A stretch of DNA of 53,525 bases from an uncultured Rhodobacterales bacterium (GTDB taxonomy: Bacteria; Pseudomonadota; Alphaproteobacteria; Rhodospirillales; CAJXLG01): positions 1 to 53,525 of the forward strand of contig CAZHRQ010000001.1 of assembly GCA_964535075.1 (NCBI GenBank). The letters run 5' to 3'. A program made the translations under genes and the position numbers. Below are positions 34,268 through 43,494 of the stretch, one piece after another; the stretch's first letter is position 1, and every line of letters starts with the position of its first letter. The notes beneath the pieces are model-generated. The model was not told the origin of the DNA. It saw only the letters and a list, made by a program, of their open reading frames with translations, and searched no databases.

Positions 34268-34304
34268 GCATGGCCGATCACGGCCGGGCGGAGAGGAGAC
34301 GGCC

Positions 34305-34919
34305 ATGGACACCAAGACCCTGTGCCTGGGCGCCCTGATGCTGGGGGACGCCAGCGGCTATGAAATCCGCAAGATGTTCGAGGAAGGGGTGTTCGCGCAT
34401 TTCCAGGATGCCAGCCTGGGGGCCATCTATCCGGCGCTGACCCGGGCGCTGGCGGAAGGTCTGGTCACCCGCACCGAGGAGGCGCAGGAAGGCCGTCCCG
34501 ACCGTAAAGTCTATGGCCTGACGGCGGCGGGGCGCGCGGCCTTTCTGGAGGCCCTGGCCCAGGCCACCACCCCCGACCGGTACCGCTCCGACGATTGTTA
34601 TGTGCTTTATTATGCGGACCTGCTGCCCCTGAAACGGGTGGAGGCCGTTCTGGCCAACTTCCAGGCCCTGTATGATACCCGTCTGGCCCAGATGACCTGC
34701 TCCCCGGACAGCACGGCGCCGGAAGAACGCGGCTTCCCGGAAGAAAGTCTGGGACAGGGGTTTGTGCGCGGCCTGGGGGCGGCCATCTATGAGACCACGC
34801 AACGCTATCTGGCGGAAGAAGGCCCGCGACTGCTGGCCGCCCTGGCCCGGGGCGAGGGCCGCCCCCCGGTCAAGGCCGGGGCCCTGACACCCGTGACGGA
34901 CGATTCGGAGGACAGGTGA
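34305..34919 (+). CDS. PadR-family transcriptional regulator
   Basis: ..LGALMLGDASGYEIRKMFEEG..GAIYPALTRALAEGLV..RKVYGLTAAGRAAF.. winged-helix PadR signature. GGAGAGGAG before the ATG. Confidence 0.88.
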   Translation: MDTKTLCLGALMLGDASGYEIRKMFEEGVFAHFQDASLGAIYPALTRALAEGLVTRTEEAQEGRPDRKVYGLTAAGRAAFLEALAQATTPDRYRSDDCYVLYYADLLPLKRVEAVLANFQALYDTRLAQMTCSPDSTAPEERGFPEESLGQGFVRGLGAAIYETTQRYLAEEGPRLLAALARGEGRPPVKAGALTPVTDDSEDR

Positions 34920-36013
34920 TGATACCCCGCAGTTTCCTGATCGCGGCGATCATCGCCGGCGCCGCGGTGGCGTACATGGCGGGCAGTCCGGTCAAAACCG
35001 CGCGCACGGGCGACGACGTGGCAGCGGCGCCCCCGCCGCCCACCGCCAACGCGGAAAAGGAACGGCCCCGGGTCCAGATCCGTCCCTCCCACGCCGCCGA
35101 TCACACCGATCACGTGACAGTGCAGGGCCGCACCGAGCCCTGGCGCGCCGTGGTGGTCAAGGCCAAAATCGGCGGACGGGTGGCCGCCATCCCGGTCACC
35201 AAGGGGCAGGCGGTAACCCAGGGGACCCTGCTGGTGAAGCTCGACGACGAGGACCGGCCGGCCCGGCTGCAATCGGCCCGGGCGGCGGTGCAGCACCGGC
35301 GCGATGCCTATCAGGCGGCTCAGAAACTCGCTCGCAACAATTTCCGCAGCTCCATCAACGTGGCCGAGTCCCTGGCCGCCCTGCGCGCGGCCGAGGCGGA
35401 ACAGGCCCTGATCGAGCAGCAGATCGCCGACAGCCGCATCACCGCGCCCTTTTCCGGGGTGCTGGAGGCCCTGCCGGTGGAAGTGGGCGACTATCTGGCG
35501 CCAGGCACGGCGGTGGCCACGGTGGTGGAACTGGACCCGCTGAAGGTGGTGGGCCACGTGACCGAGCGGCAGGTGGGCCGCCTGAGCACCGACCAGCCGG
35601 CGGAGGTGACCCTGGTCAACGGCGCGCGGCGGCAGGCGGTGATCACCTTCGTGGCGCGGGAGGCCGACCCCAACACCCGCACCTATCGGGTGGAAGCCCG
35701 CCTGGGCAATCCCGATCAGACCTTGCCCGCCGGCATGACGGCGCAATTGAGCATTCCCCTGACGGCCGTGTCCGCCCATGCCCTGTCGCCGGCCTATCTA
35801 GCGCTCAACGATACCGGCCGCATCGGCGTGAAGGTGTTGGACGACCAGGACCGGGTGGTGTTCCAGCCGGTGCGGGTGCTGGCCCAGGACAAGGACCAGG
35901 TGTGGGTGGCCGGCCTGCCGGCGGAGATCCGCCTGATCACCGTGGGTGCTGGGTATGTGTCCGAGGGTGAGAAGGTGATCGCCCGTCCCATGGCCGGGGA
36001 GCCGGCGCCATGA
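34916..36013 (+). CDS. Efflux RND transporter periplasmic adaptor (MFP)
   Basis: N-terminal anchor, coiled-coil hairpin and ..ITAPFSGVLEALPVEVGDYLAPGTAVATVVELDPLKV... Start overlaps the padR stop. Confidence 0.9.
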   Translation: MMIPRSFLIAAIIAGAAVAYMAGSPVKTARTGDDVAAAPPPPTANAEKERPRVQIRPSHAADHTDHVTVQGRTEPWRAVVVKAKIGGRVAAIPVTKGQAVTQGTLLVKLDDEDRPARLQSARAAVQHRRDAYQAAQKLARNNFRSSINVAESLAALRAAEAEQALIEQQIADSRITAPFSGVLEALPVEVGDYLAPGTAVATVVELDPLKVVGHVTERQVGRLSTDQPAEVTLVNGARRQAVITFVAREADPNTRTYRVEARLGNPDQTLPAGMTAQLSIPLTAVSAHALSPAYLALNDTGRIGVKVLDDQDRVVFQPVRVLAQDKDQVWVAGLPAEIRLITVGAGYVSEGEKVIARPMAGEPAP

Positions 36014-39000
36014 GTGTCATCGACGCCGCCTTTGCCCGCACGCGCACGGTTCTGCTGACCCTTGTTCTGTTGCTGGTGGCCGGGACCATTGCCTTTGTCA
36101 CCATTGCCAAGGAGTCCTCGCCCGACGTTAACATTCCCATCATCTATGTCTCCATGCACCACAGCGGCATTTCGCCCGAGGATGCGGAACGCATGCTGGT
36201 GAAGCCCATGGAGAAGGAGCTTCAGGGCATCGAGGGCGTGAAGGAGATGAGCTCCACCGCCTACGAGGGTGGGGGCTTCGTGCTGCTGGAGTTCGATGCC
36301 GGATTCAACGCCGATGCCGCCCTGGAGGACGTGCGCCGTCAGGTGGATGTGGCCAAGGCCGAGCTGCCCGAGGAAACAGATGAACCCACGGTGAACGAGG
36401 TCAACATCAGCCTGTTCCCGGTGCTGGTGGTGACCCTGTCGGGCGCGGTGGCGCCGGAAGTCCTGATCGATACCGCCCGCGCGTTGCAAGATGAGCTGGA
36501 GGCCCTGCCCCGGGTGCTGGAAGTGGATATCGCCGGCGACCGGGAAGAAATGGCGGAAATCCTCATCGATCCGGTCCTGCTGGAAAGCTACGGCCTGTCC
36601 GCCAGCGAATTCATCAATTTCGTGCAGCGCTCCAACCGTCTTATCGCCGCCGGGTCCCTGGAACCCGGCGCCGGTCGCTTTGCCATCAAGGTGCCCGGCC
36701 TGCTGGAGACGGTGGACGACATCATGGGTCTGCCGGTGAAGGTTTCCGGCGATGCCGTCGTGACCCTGCAGGACGTGGCCACCGGCCGGCGTACCTTCAA
36801 GGACCCCACCAGCATCGCCCGGGTGGACGGCCAGCCCGCCATCGCGCTGGAGGTCAAGAAGCGCATCGGCGAAAACATCATCGACACGGTTAACGCGGTA
36901 AAGGCCCGGGTGGCCGAGGAACAGGCCCACTGGCCGGCGGAAATCTCCGTGGGTTACCTCCAGGACCAGTCCAACGAAATCCGCACCATGCTCTCGGACC
37001 TGCAAAACAGTGTGCTGTCGGCGGTGCTGCTGGTGATGATCGTGGTGGTGGCGGCGCTGGGGCTGCGCTCGGCGGGTTTGGTGGGGCTGGCCATTCCCGG
37101 CAGTTTCGTCACCGCCATCCTGGTGCTCTATACCCTGGGGCTCACCATCAACCTGGTGGTGCTGTTCGCGCTCATCCTGGCGGTGGGCATGCTGGTGGAC
37201 GGCGCCATCGTGGTCACCGAATACGCCGACCGCAAGATGCGGGAGGGCCAGCCCCCCCGCGAAGCCTATCGCATGGCGGCCAAGCGCATGGCATGGCCCA
37301 TCATCGCCTCCACGGCGACCACCCTGGCGGCCTTCCTGCCGCTGCTGTTCTGGACCGGCGTGGTGGGCGAGTTCATGAAGTTCCTGCCCATCACCCTGCT
37401 GGCCACCCTGTCGGCCTCGCTGCTGATGGCGTTGGTGTTCGTGCCCACCCTCGGCGGGGTTATCGGCCGCGCCGGCAAGGGCGGGGAAGACACCATGAAG
37501 GCCCTGTCCGCCGGTGAAGGGCACGACCTGGACCACCTGCCGGGCATCACCGGCTTTTACGTGCGCACCCTGCGCCTGGCCCTGCGCCGGCCCACCCTGG
37601 TGCTGCTGGCGGCCGTGCTCGGGCTGGTGGCCAGTTACGCGGCCTATGGCAAGTGGGGGGCCGGGGTGGAGTTCTTCCCCGAGGTGGAGCCCGACCAGGC
37701 CTCGGTGCTGGTGCACGCCCGGGGCAATCTCTCCATCTGGGAAAAGAACGACCTGGTGAAGGAGGTGGAGGCCCGCATCCTCGACCTGCCGGGCATCCGT
37801 CACGTCTACAGCCGCACCGGCGAACCCGGACGCGGAGACGAGTCCGCCCCCGACCAAATCGGCCGCATCCTGCTGGAATTCGACGACTGGGACGCCCGCC
37901 GCCCCGCCGACGCCATCCTGGGCGATATCCGTGAACGCGCGGCGGACATCGCCGGCATCTGGGTGGAAACCCGCAAGCAGGAAGGGGGCCCGCCGGTGGG
38001 CAAACCCATCCAGGTGCAGGTGAGCGCCCGCGACACGGCGCAACTGGAACCCGCGGTGCGTCACCTGCGCCAGGGGCTGGCGGCCATCGGCGACGTGCGG
38101 GATGTGGAGGATTCCCGGCCCGTGCCCGGCATCGAGTGGGAAGTGCGGGTGGACCGCACCCAGGCCAGCAAGTTCGGCGCCGACGTGGCCTCCGTGGGCA
38201 ACATGGTGCAGTTGGTGACCAACGGGCTCACCGTCTCCACCTACCGGCCGGAGGGCTCCGACGACGAAGTGGACATCATCACCCGCTTTCCCCTTAACGA
38301 GCGCTCCCTGGACCGCCTGGACCGCCTGCGGCTCAACACCGAGTCGGGGGCAGTGCCCATCAGCAACTTCGTGCGCCTCACCCCCCGGCCGCGCACCGGC
38401 GACATCAACCGGGTGGACGGCCGGCGGGTGCTCACGGTCAAGGCGGACGTGGCGCCCCACGTGCTCGCCGACGACAAGCTCCAGGATTTCCGGGCCTGGC
38501 TGGCCGAAAACCCGCTGCCCGAAGGGGTTTCTCTTACCTACAAGGGCGAGGACGAGGAACAGAAAAAGTCCCAGGCCTTCCTGGGAAAGGCGTTCGGCGT
38601 GGCTCTGTTCCTGATGGCCCTGATCCTGGTCACCCAGTTCAACAGCTTCTACTTCGCTTTTCTCATTCTCTCGGCGGTGGTGTTGTCCACGGTGGGGGTG
38701 ATGCTGGGGCTGCTGGTCACCGGCGAGCCTTTCGGCATTGTCATGTCGGGGGTGGGGGTGATTGCCCTGGCGGGGATCGTGGTCAACAACAACATTGTGC
38801 TGCTGGACACCTACCAGCGCCTGGAAAAAACGGAAAATTCCCGGCTGGAAGCCATCCTGCACACGGGGGCACAGCGTCTGCGGCCGGTCATTCTCACCAC
38901 CCTCACCACGGCGCTGGGGCTTTTGCCCATGTCCTTCCGCCTCAACCTGGATTTCGTCAATCGGGAAATCAGCCACAACGCGCCCTCCATGCAGTGGTGG

Positions 39001-39153
39001 TCGCAGTTGTCCACGGCGGTGGTGGCGGGGATGCTGTTCGCCACGGTGCTCACCCTGGTGGTGACGCCCTCGGCGTTGATGGTCCGGGCCAACGTTCTGG
39101 CGTGGCGGGATCGCCGCCGCCAGCGGCGACGGGAGAGACAGCGCGCGGCGTGA
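36010..39153 (+). CDS. Efflux RND transporter permease (AcrB/AcrD/AcrF family)
   Basis: 1047 aa with 12-TM, two-large-loop topology. ATGA overlap with the MFP gene. No outer-membrane factor gene follows. Confidence 0.93.
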   Translation: MSVIDAAFARTRTVLLTLVLLLVAGTIAFVTIAKESSPDVNIPIIYVSMHHSGISPEDAERMLVKPMEKELQGIEGVKEMSSTAYEGGGFVLLEFDAGFNADAALEDVRRQVDVAKAELPEETDEPTVNEVNISLFPVLVVTLSGAVAPEVLIDTARALQDELEALPRVLEVDIAGDREEMAEILIDPVLLESYGLSASEFINFVQRSNRLIAAGSLEPGAGRFAIKVPGLLETVDDIMGLPVKVSGDAVVTLQDVATGRRTFKDPTSIARVDGQPAIALEVKKRIGENIIDTVNAVKARVAEEQAHWPAEISVGYLQDQSNEIRTMLSDLQNSVLSAVLLVMIVVVAALGLRSAGLVGLAIPGSFVTAILVLYTLGLTINLVVLFALILAVGMLVDGAIVVTEYADRKMREGQPPREAYRMAAKRMAWPIIASTATTLAAFLPLLFWTGVVGEFMKFLPITLLATLSASLLMALVFVPTLGGVIGRAGKGGEDTMKALSAGEGHDLDHLPGITGFYVRTLRLALRRPTLVLLAAVLGLVASYAAYGKWGAGVEFFPEVEPDQASVLVHARGNLSIWEKNDLVKEVEARILDLPGIRHVYSRTGEPGRGDESAPDQIGRILLEFDDWDARRPADAILGDIRERAADIAGIWVETRKQEGGPPVGKPIQVQVSARDTAQLEPAVRHLRQGLAAIGDVRDVEDSRPVPGIEWEVRVDRTQASKFGADVASVGNMVQLVTNGLTVSTYRPEGSDDEVDIITRFPLNERSLDRLDRLRLNTESGAVPISNFVRLTPRPRTGDINRVDGRRVLTVKADVAPHVLADDKLQDFRAWLAENPLPEGVSLTYKGEDEEQKKSQAFLGKAFGVALFLMALILVTQFNSFYFAFLILSAVVLSTVGVMLGLLVTGEPFGIVMSGVGVIALAGIVVNNNIVLLDTYQRLEKTENSRLEAILHTGAQRLRPVILTTLTTALGLLPMSFRLNLDFVNREISHNAPSMQWWSQLSTAVVAGMLFATVLTLVVTPSALMVRANVLAWRDRRRQRRRERQRAA

Positions 39154-39188
39154 CACCCAAGCCCAGGACGCTGCACTGTTCCCAGGTG

Positions 39189-39246
39189 TAGAGCCAATCT
39201 CGGTCAATGGGACCCGAAAACAGCTGTGATCCACCGTGATCGGCGC
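39189..39246. repeat. Degenerate module A repeat
   Basis: TAGAGCCAATCTCGGTCAATGGGACCC-gaaaac. The left half is intact, the right inner arm is lost, and the distal CCACCGTGATCGGCGC resembles the CCGCGTGAATCGGCTC flank. Confidence 0.55.
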
Positions 39247-39281
39247 AAATAAAAAAACGGCCAGGAGAATGCCCTGGCCGT
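39247..39281 (-). terminator. Rho-independent terminator of lolA
   Basis: Minus strand: ACGGCCAGG-gcattct-CCTGGCCGT followed by TTTTTTTATTT. Confidence 0.8.
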
Positions 39282-39306
39282 CGTTCCACTCATTCAGTTT
39301 CGTGGG

Positions 39307-39945
39307 TTACCGCCCCTGGCCGGGTCGGCCCGGGTGGCGGAACTTGAACAGGCTGGGGTTGAGCCCCTGGTTGAGCTGCACATTGCTGAAAGTAACCTTG
39401 GTCTGCTTGCCCTGACCGTCCACCACCGTCCACGCCACCAGGCGCACGGGGTTGTTGCTGAAGTTCAGGATCACCTTGCCCGCCGCCGGATCGTCGCTGT
39501 CGATAAGGGTGACAAAGGTATTGGTGCGGCTTTGGTCCACATTGGTGACCTTCACGTCCGCCTGGTTGAAGTTCAAACGGTTGCGCAGCAGCAGTCCCAC
39601 CGGCGTTTCGTCATGACCAATGTAGCTCACCTGGTTCATCTGCTTGTCGTGATAGATGATCCAGCGGCCGTCGGCCACCACCAACTGGGGCCGGTCGCGA
39701 TATTCCACCCGTAGGCGGCCCGGCTTGGCCAAATAAATCACCCCGTGCGCCGTGCCGTCGGCCCCGGTCTGGGTGAAGTTGGCCTGCAGGGAACGGATGC
39801 TGTTGTAGTAGGTCTCCACCGTCCGCAGCACCGGCGCGTACTTGCCGTTGGCCGCCCGGGCCTCGGGCGCCGCGGGCATCAGCAGACAGACCACCATCAG
39901 CACCAGCAGCGCCAGCCGGACAGAGGGGCGGAAGAACAGGGTCAT
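39307..39945 (-). CDS. lolA: Outer-membrane lipoprotein carrier protein LolA
   Basis: Signal peptide MTLFFRPSVRLALLVLMVVCLLMPAAPEARA, then ..YYNSIRSLQANFTQ..GVIYLAKPGRLRVEY... Start at ATG 39945. Confidence 0.88.
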   Translation of the reverse strand: MTLFFRPSVRLALLVLMVVCLLMPAAPEARAANGKYAPVLRTVETYYNSIRSLQANFTQTGADGTAHGVIYLAKPGRLRVEYRDRPQLVVADGRWIIYHDKQMNQVSYIGHDETPVGLLLRNRLNFNQADVKVTNVDQSRTNTFVTLIDSDDPAAGKVILNFSNNPVRLVAWTVVDGQGKQTKVTFSNVQLNQGLNPSLFKFRHPGRPGQGR

Positions 39946-40008
39946 GACCTTCTCCTCGGAATGAGAACTTGTGCCGGAGCCCGTGAGTGTTCCCACGGCT
40001 TGCCGGAT

Positions 40009-42255
40009 TCAGGACGGGGGAGACCCCAGAACCTCGCGGCGGCCGGTGCGGGAGGGTGCGCCCACCACCCCCTCTTCCTCCATGCGCTCGATGAACCGCG
40101 CCGCGCGATTGTAGCCGATTTCCAGCCGCCGTTGCAGAAAACTGGTGGAGGCCCGCTGCTCCCGGCACACCAGCGCCACCGCTTCCCGATACAGGGCCTC
40201 GGCCGGGTCCTCGGGCGGTGCGGACGGTTCGGGCGCGACCACCGCCGCCTCGGCCGCCGCCAGCAGGTCCCCAACGTAAAGCGGTTGCCCCTGAGCACGC
40301 AAGGCCTCCGCCACCCGCCGCACCTCGTCGTCGATGACCAGGGGGCCGTGGACCCGCATCACCCGCCCGGCGCCCGCCATGAACAACATGTCGCCCCGGC
40401 CCAGCAGTTGCTCCGCGCCCGGTTCGTCCAGGATGGTGCGGCTGTCCACCCGCGTGGTCACCTGATAGCTGAGCCGGGTGGGGAAGTTGGCCTTCAGGGT
40501 GCCGGTGATCACGTCCACCGAGGGCCGTTGCGTGGCCATGATCAGATGGATGCCCGCCGCCCGCGCCATCTGCGCCAGACGCTGCACCGCCGTCTCCACC
40601 TCCCGGCCGGCCGTGAGCATCAGGTCGGCCATCTCGTCCACCACCACCACCATGTGCGGCAGGGGATCCAACCCCAGGGGCTGTTCCTCCCACAAGGGCT
40701 TGCCGGTGTCGCGGTCGAAGCCGGTTTGCACCCGGCGCAGCAGCACCTCGCCCCGCTCCCGGGCCTCCCGCACCCGTGCGTTGTAGCCGGCGAGATGACG
40801 CACCCCGAGATGAGACATGGCGCGGTAGCGGTCCTCCATGGCGTGGATCAACCATTGCAGGGCCGCCACCGCCTGGCGGGCGTCGGTGATCACCGGGGTC
40901 AACAGATGGGGAATGTCTTCGTACACGGACAGTTCCAACATCTTGGGGTCGATCAACAGCAGGCGCAGACTGTCGGGATCCCGGCGCATCAGCAGCGACA
41001 GAATCATGGCATGCAGCCCCACGGACTTGCCACTGCCGGTGGTGCCGGCCACCAACAGGTGCGGCATGGTGGCCAGATCCTCCACCACCGGCGCCCCGGC
41101 GATGTCGCGACCGAGAATGAGCGGCAGGGTCTGGCCCGCCTGGGTGAAGGCCCGGTCCTCGGCCAACGTGCGCAGGGCCACCGTCTGGCGCTCGGGGTTG
41201 GGCACCTCGATGCCAATGACGCTGCGCCCCGGCACCACCGCCACCCGTACCGTGGTCACCGCCATGCTGCGGGCAATGTCGTCGCTCAGCGCCACCACCC
41301 GCGCCGTCTTGGTGCCGGGGGCCGGGTCCAGTTCGAACAGGGTCACCACCGGCCCGGTCTGATGGCCAACGATCTGGCCCCGCACGCCGAAGTCCCGCAG
41401 CACGGCTTCCAGGGTGCGGGCGGTGTGCTCGGGATCAGGCAGGGGCAGCGGCGCACCCCGCAGGTCTGGCGGCGGCTGCAACAGGTCCGGGGTGGGCAGG
41501 GTGAAGTCCGAGACCGGCGGCAGATCCGCCGGGTCCTGCTGCCAAGAGGGCGCGGAGGCGGAATCCCCCCCCGCCCGCCGGCGGCGGCCGCGCGGGGCCG
41601 GCGCCCTCGGACGACGGCCCACCCAGCGGCCCACGTGCTGTCCGCCGCGCACGCCCCCGCGCACCACGGCAAAGAGTCCCCGCCCCACGTCGCGGCCGAG
41701 GGCCACCCATTCCCCCAACCCCAGCGCCGCCACCCCCAGGAAGGCCGCCAGGGCCAGGGCCCCCGCCACCACCAACACCGGCACCCCCAGGGCGCCCGCC
41801 GGATCGAGCCCCAAGGCGTGGCCGAGCGCCGTTTGGAGGCCGTCGCCCACCACGCCCCCCAGCCCCACCAGGAAGGGCCAGCGCGGCGGCGTCGGTAGGC
41901 AGGAGAGCGCCAGGGCACTGAGCAGCAACGTCGGCACCAGCAGCAACAGCCGCCAGCCGGCCCGGGTGACCGGTCGATGCCCCAGCAGCCGCCCGCCCCA
42001 GGTCACCAGCACCAGGGCCGGCACCAGGGCCGCCACGCCCACCCCTTGCAACGCCATATCGCTGAGACTGGCCCCCAACGGCCCCAGGGCATTCTCCGTC
42101 GGCCCGGAACCCGCCGTATTCCACGAAGGATCGCCCCGGTGATGGGTCCAGAGGATGACCGCCCACAGCGCCGCCAGCCCGAACAGCAGCAGCCCTCCGG
42201 CCTCCATGAGGCGGTGGCGCAGGGACTGGCGCAGGGAGGACGGCAGAAAGGCCAT
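40009..42255 (-). CDS. ftsK: DNA translocase FtsK
   Basis: N-terminal 4-TM domain and Pro/Arg-rich linker. Motor domain with Walker A GTTGSGKSV. C-terminal gamma wHTH ..REQRASTSFLQRRLEIGYNRAARFIERME... Confidence 0.95.
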   Translation of the reverse strand: MAFLPSSLRQSLRHRLMEAGGLLLFGLAALWAVILWTHHRGDPSWNTAGSGPTENALGPLGASLSDMALQGVGVAALVPALVLVTWGGRLLGHRPVTRAGWRLLLLVPTLLLSALALSCLPTPPRWPFLVGLGGVVGDGLQTALGHALGLDPAGALGVPVLVVAGALALAAFLGVAALGLGEWVALGRDVGRGLFAVVRGGVRGGQHVGRWVGRRPRAPAPRGRRRRAGGDSASAPSWQQDPADLPPVSDFTLPTPDLLQPPPDLRGAPLPLPDPEHTARTLEAVLRDFGVRGQIVGHQTGPVVTLFELDPAPGTKTARVVALSDDIARSMAVTTVRVAVVPGRSVIGIEVPNPERQTVALRTLAEDRAFTQAGQTLPLILGRDIAGAPVVEDLATMPHLLVAGTTGSGKSVGLHAMILSLLMRRDPDSLRLLLIDPKMLELSVYEDIPHLLTPVITDARQAVAALQWLIHAMEDRYRAMSHLGVRHLAGYNARVREARERGEVLLRRVQTGFDRDTGKPLWEEQPLGLDPLPHMVVVVDEMADLMLTAGREVETAVQRLAQMARAAGIHLIMATQRPSVDVITGTLKANFPTRLSYQVTTRVDSRTILDEPGAEQLLGRGDMLFMAGAGRVMRVHGPLVIDDEVRRVAEALRAQGQPLYVGDLLAAAEAAVVAPEPSAPPEDPAEALYREAVALVCREQRASTSFLQRRLEIGYNRAARFIERMEEEGVVGAPSRTGRREVLGSPPS

Positions 42256-42263
42256 GGGCTGCC

Positions 42264-43427
42264 CTACCGTTCGTCCAGGGCGGCAGCCAGGCGCCGCAGG
42301 GCCGGCCCCAGCACCGCCGGATCATGCACCAACGCCACCCGGATGCGGTCATGCCCGGGGGGTGGGCCCGAGGCGCCGGGCTGGGCGAGATAGGCCCCGG
42401 GCACCACCCGCAGTCCCGCCCGTTGCCACAGGTGACGGGCGGCGGCCTCGCCGTCGCCCACCGCCAGCCACAGGAAAAAGCCGGCCCGCGGCGCCGGCAG
42501 CCCCGCCGCCGCGGCCAGGGCATAACGTTCGCGGGTGCGGGCCCGGGTGGCGGCCACATGGGCGTCGTCCCGCCACAATGCGGCGGAGGCCGCCTGTACC
42601 GGCAGCGGCAGGGTGGCCCCACCATAGGCCCGCAGGCGGCGGAAGGCGGCGATCACCGCGGGATCGCCGGCCACGAAGCCGCTGCGCAGGCCGGCGGCGT
42701 TACTGCGTTTGGACAGGGAATGGAACACCAGCAGATTGTGGAACCGGCCCCCCGCCACCGCCAGGGCGCCCGGGGGCGGCGGACCGTCATAGAGATCGGC
42801 ATAGCATTCGTCACAGGCCAGGATGAGGTCGTGGCGCCGGGCCAGGGTCAGGGCCTGCTCCAGATAGGCGGCGGAGGCCACCGCCCCCTCCGGGTTGCTG
42901 GGGGAACACAGCCACATGAGCCGTGCCCGCGACAACACGTCGGTGGGCAGGGCTTCCAGGTCGGGCAGGAAGCCGGTTTCCGGCCCCGTATCCAGAAACA
43001 TTGCCCGGCCGCCGGCCATGACGGCCCCCCCCAAATACACCTGATAAAAGGGATTGGGCATGAGCACGCCCGCCCCCTGGTGCGCGGGCCCCAGCAGCAA
43101 CTGGTGCAGCAGATAAATGCCTTCCCGCGTGCCGGCCAGGGGCAGCACGTGCCGGTCCGGATCCAGGCTTTCCGCCGGCAGGGCATAACGCCGACACAAC
43201 GCCTCCACGATGGCGGCCCGCAGATCGGGCATGCCGGGGGTGGGCGGATAGCGCCGCCAGTCCGCCGCATGGGCCGCCAGGGTCTCGGCGATGAGCGGCG
43301 GCGGCGCATCCTGAGGCTCGCCAATGGAGAGGGCCAGGGGGCTCTCCTCGGGCGGGCTCAGGTCCGCCAGCAGACGCTCCAGGCGCTGAAAAGGATACGG
43401 GGGCAGGCTGTCGAGCAGCGGATGCAT
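42264..43427 (-). CDS. dapC: Class I aminotransferase, succinyldiaminopimelate transaminase (DapC) type
   Basis: MHPLLDSLPPYPFQRLERLL..SIGEPQ..YPPTPGMPDLRAAI..PNPFYQVY..CSPSNPEG..DECYADLY..FHSLSKRSNAAGLRSGFVAGD.. follows the proteobacterial DapC pattern. Start at ATG 43427; the upstream part of the track ORF is spurious. Confidence 0.7.
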   Translation of the reverse strand: MHPLLDSLPPYPFQRLERLLADLSPPEESPLALSIGEPQDAPPPLIAETLAAHAADWRRYPPTPGMPDLRAAIVEALCRRYALPAESLDPDRHVLPLAGTREGIYLLHQLLLGPAHQGAGVLMPNPFYQVYLGGAVMAGGRAMFLDTGPETGFLPDLEALPTDVLSRARLMWLCSPSNPEGAVASAAYLEQALTLARRHDLILACDECYADLYDGPPPPGALAVAGGRFHNLLVFHSLSKRSNAAGLRSGFVAGDPAVIAAFRRLRAYGGATLPLPVQAASAALWRDDAHVAATRARTRERYALAAAAGLPAPRAGFFLWLAVGDGEAAARHLWQRAGLRVVPGAYLAQPGASGPPPGHDRIRVALVHDPAVLGPALRRLAAALDER

Positions 43428-43494
43428 GGGCGGGCGACTCGTTGATGATCGGCGGCAGGGAATGGCCCCATTTGGGCGGGAGCCAGCGCCCAGG

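Noticed and set aside
35794-39234. 1146-aa ORF on the minus strand opposite the MFP/RND genes
   Set aside because: Antisense shadow ORF with H/G/R/Q-rich low-complexity translation. The plus-strand RND permease is unambiguous.
39745-41898. 717-aa plus-strand ORF opposite ftsK, with analogous shadows at 49189-51255 (opposite bamA), 28771-31176 and 31318-32928 (opposite tamB), 45478-47031, and 51132-52466
   Set aside because: Antisense shadows. No motifs, and composition typical of out-of-frame GC-rich sequence.
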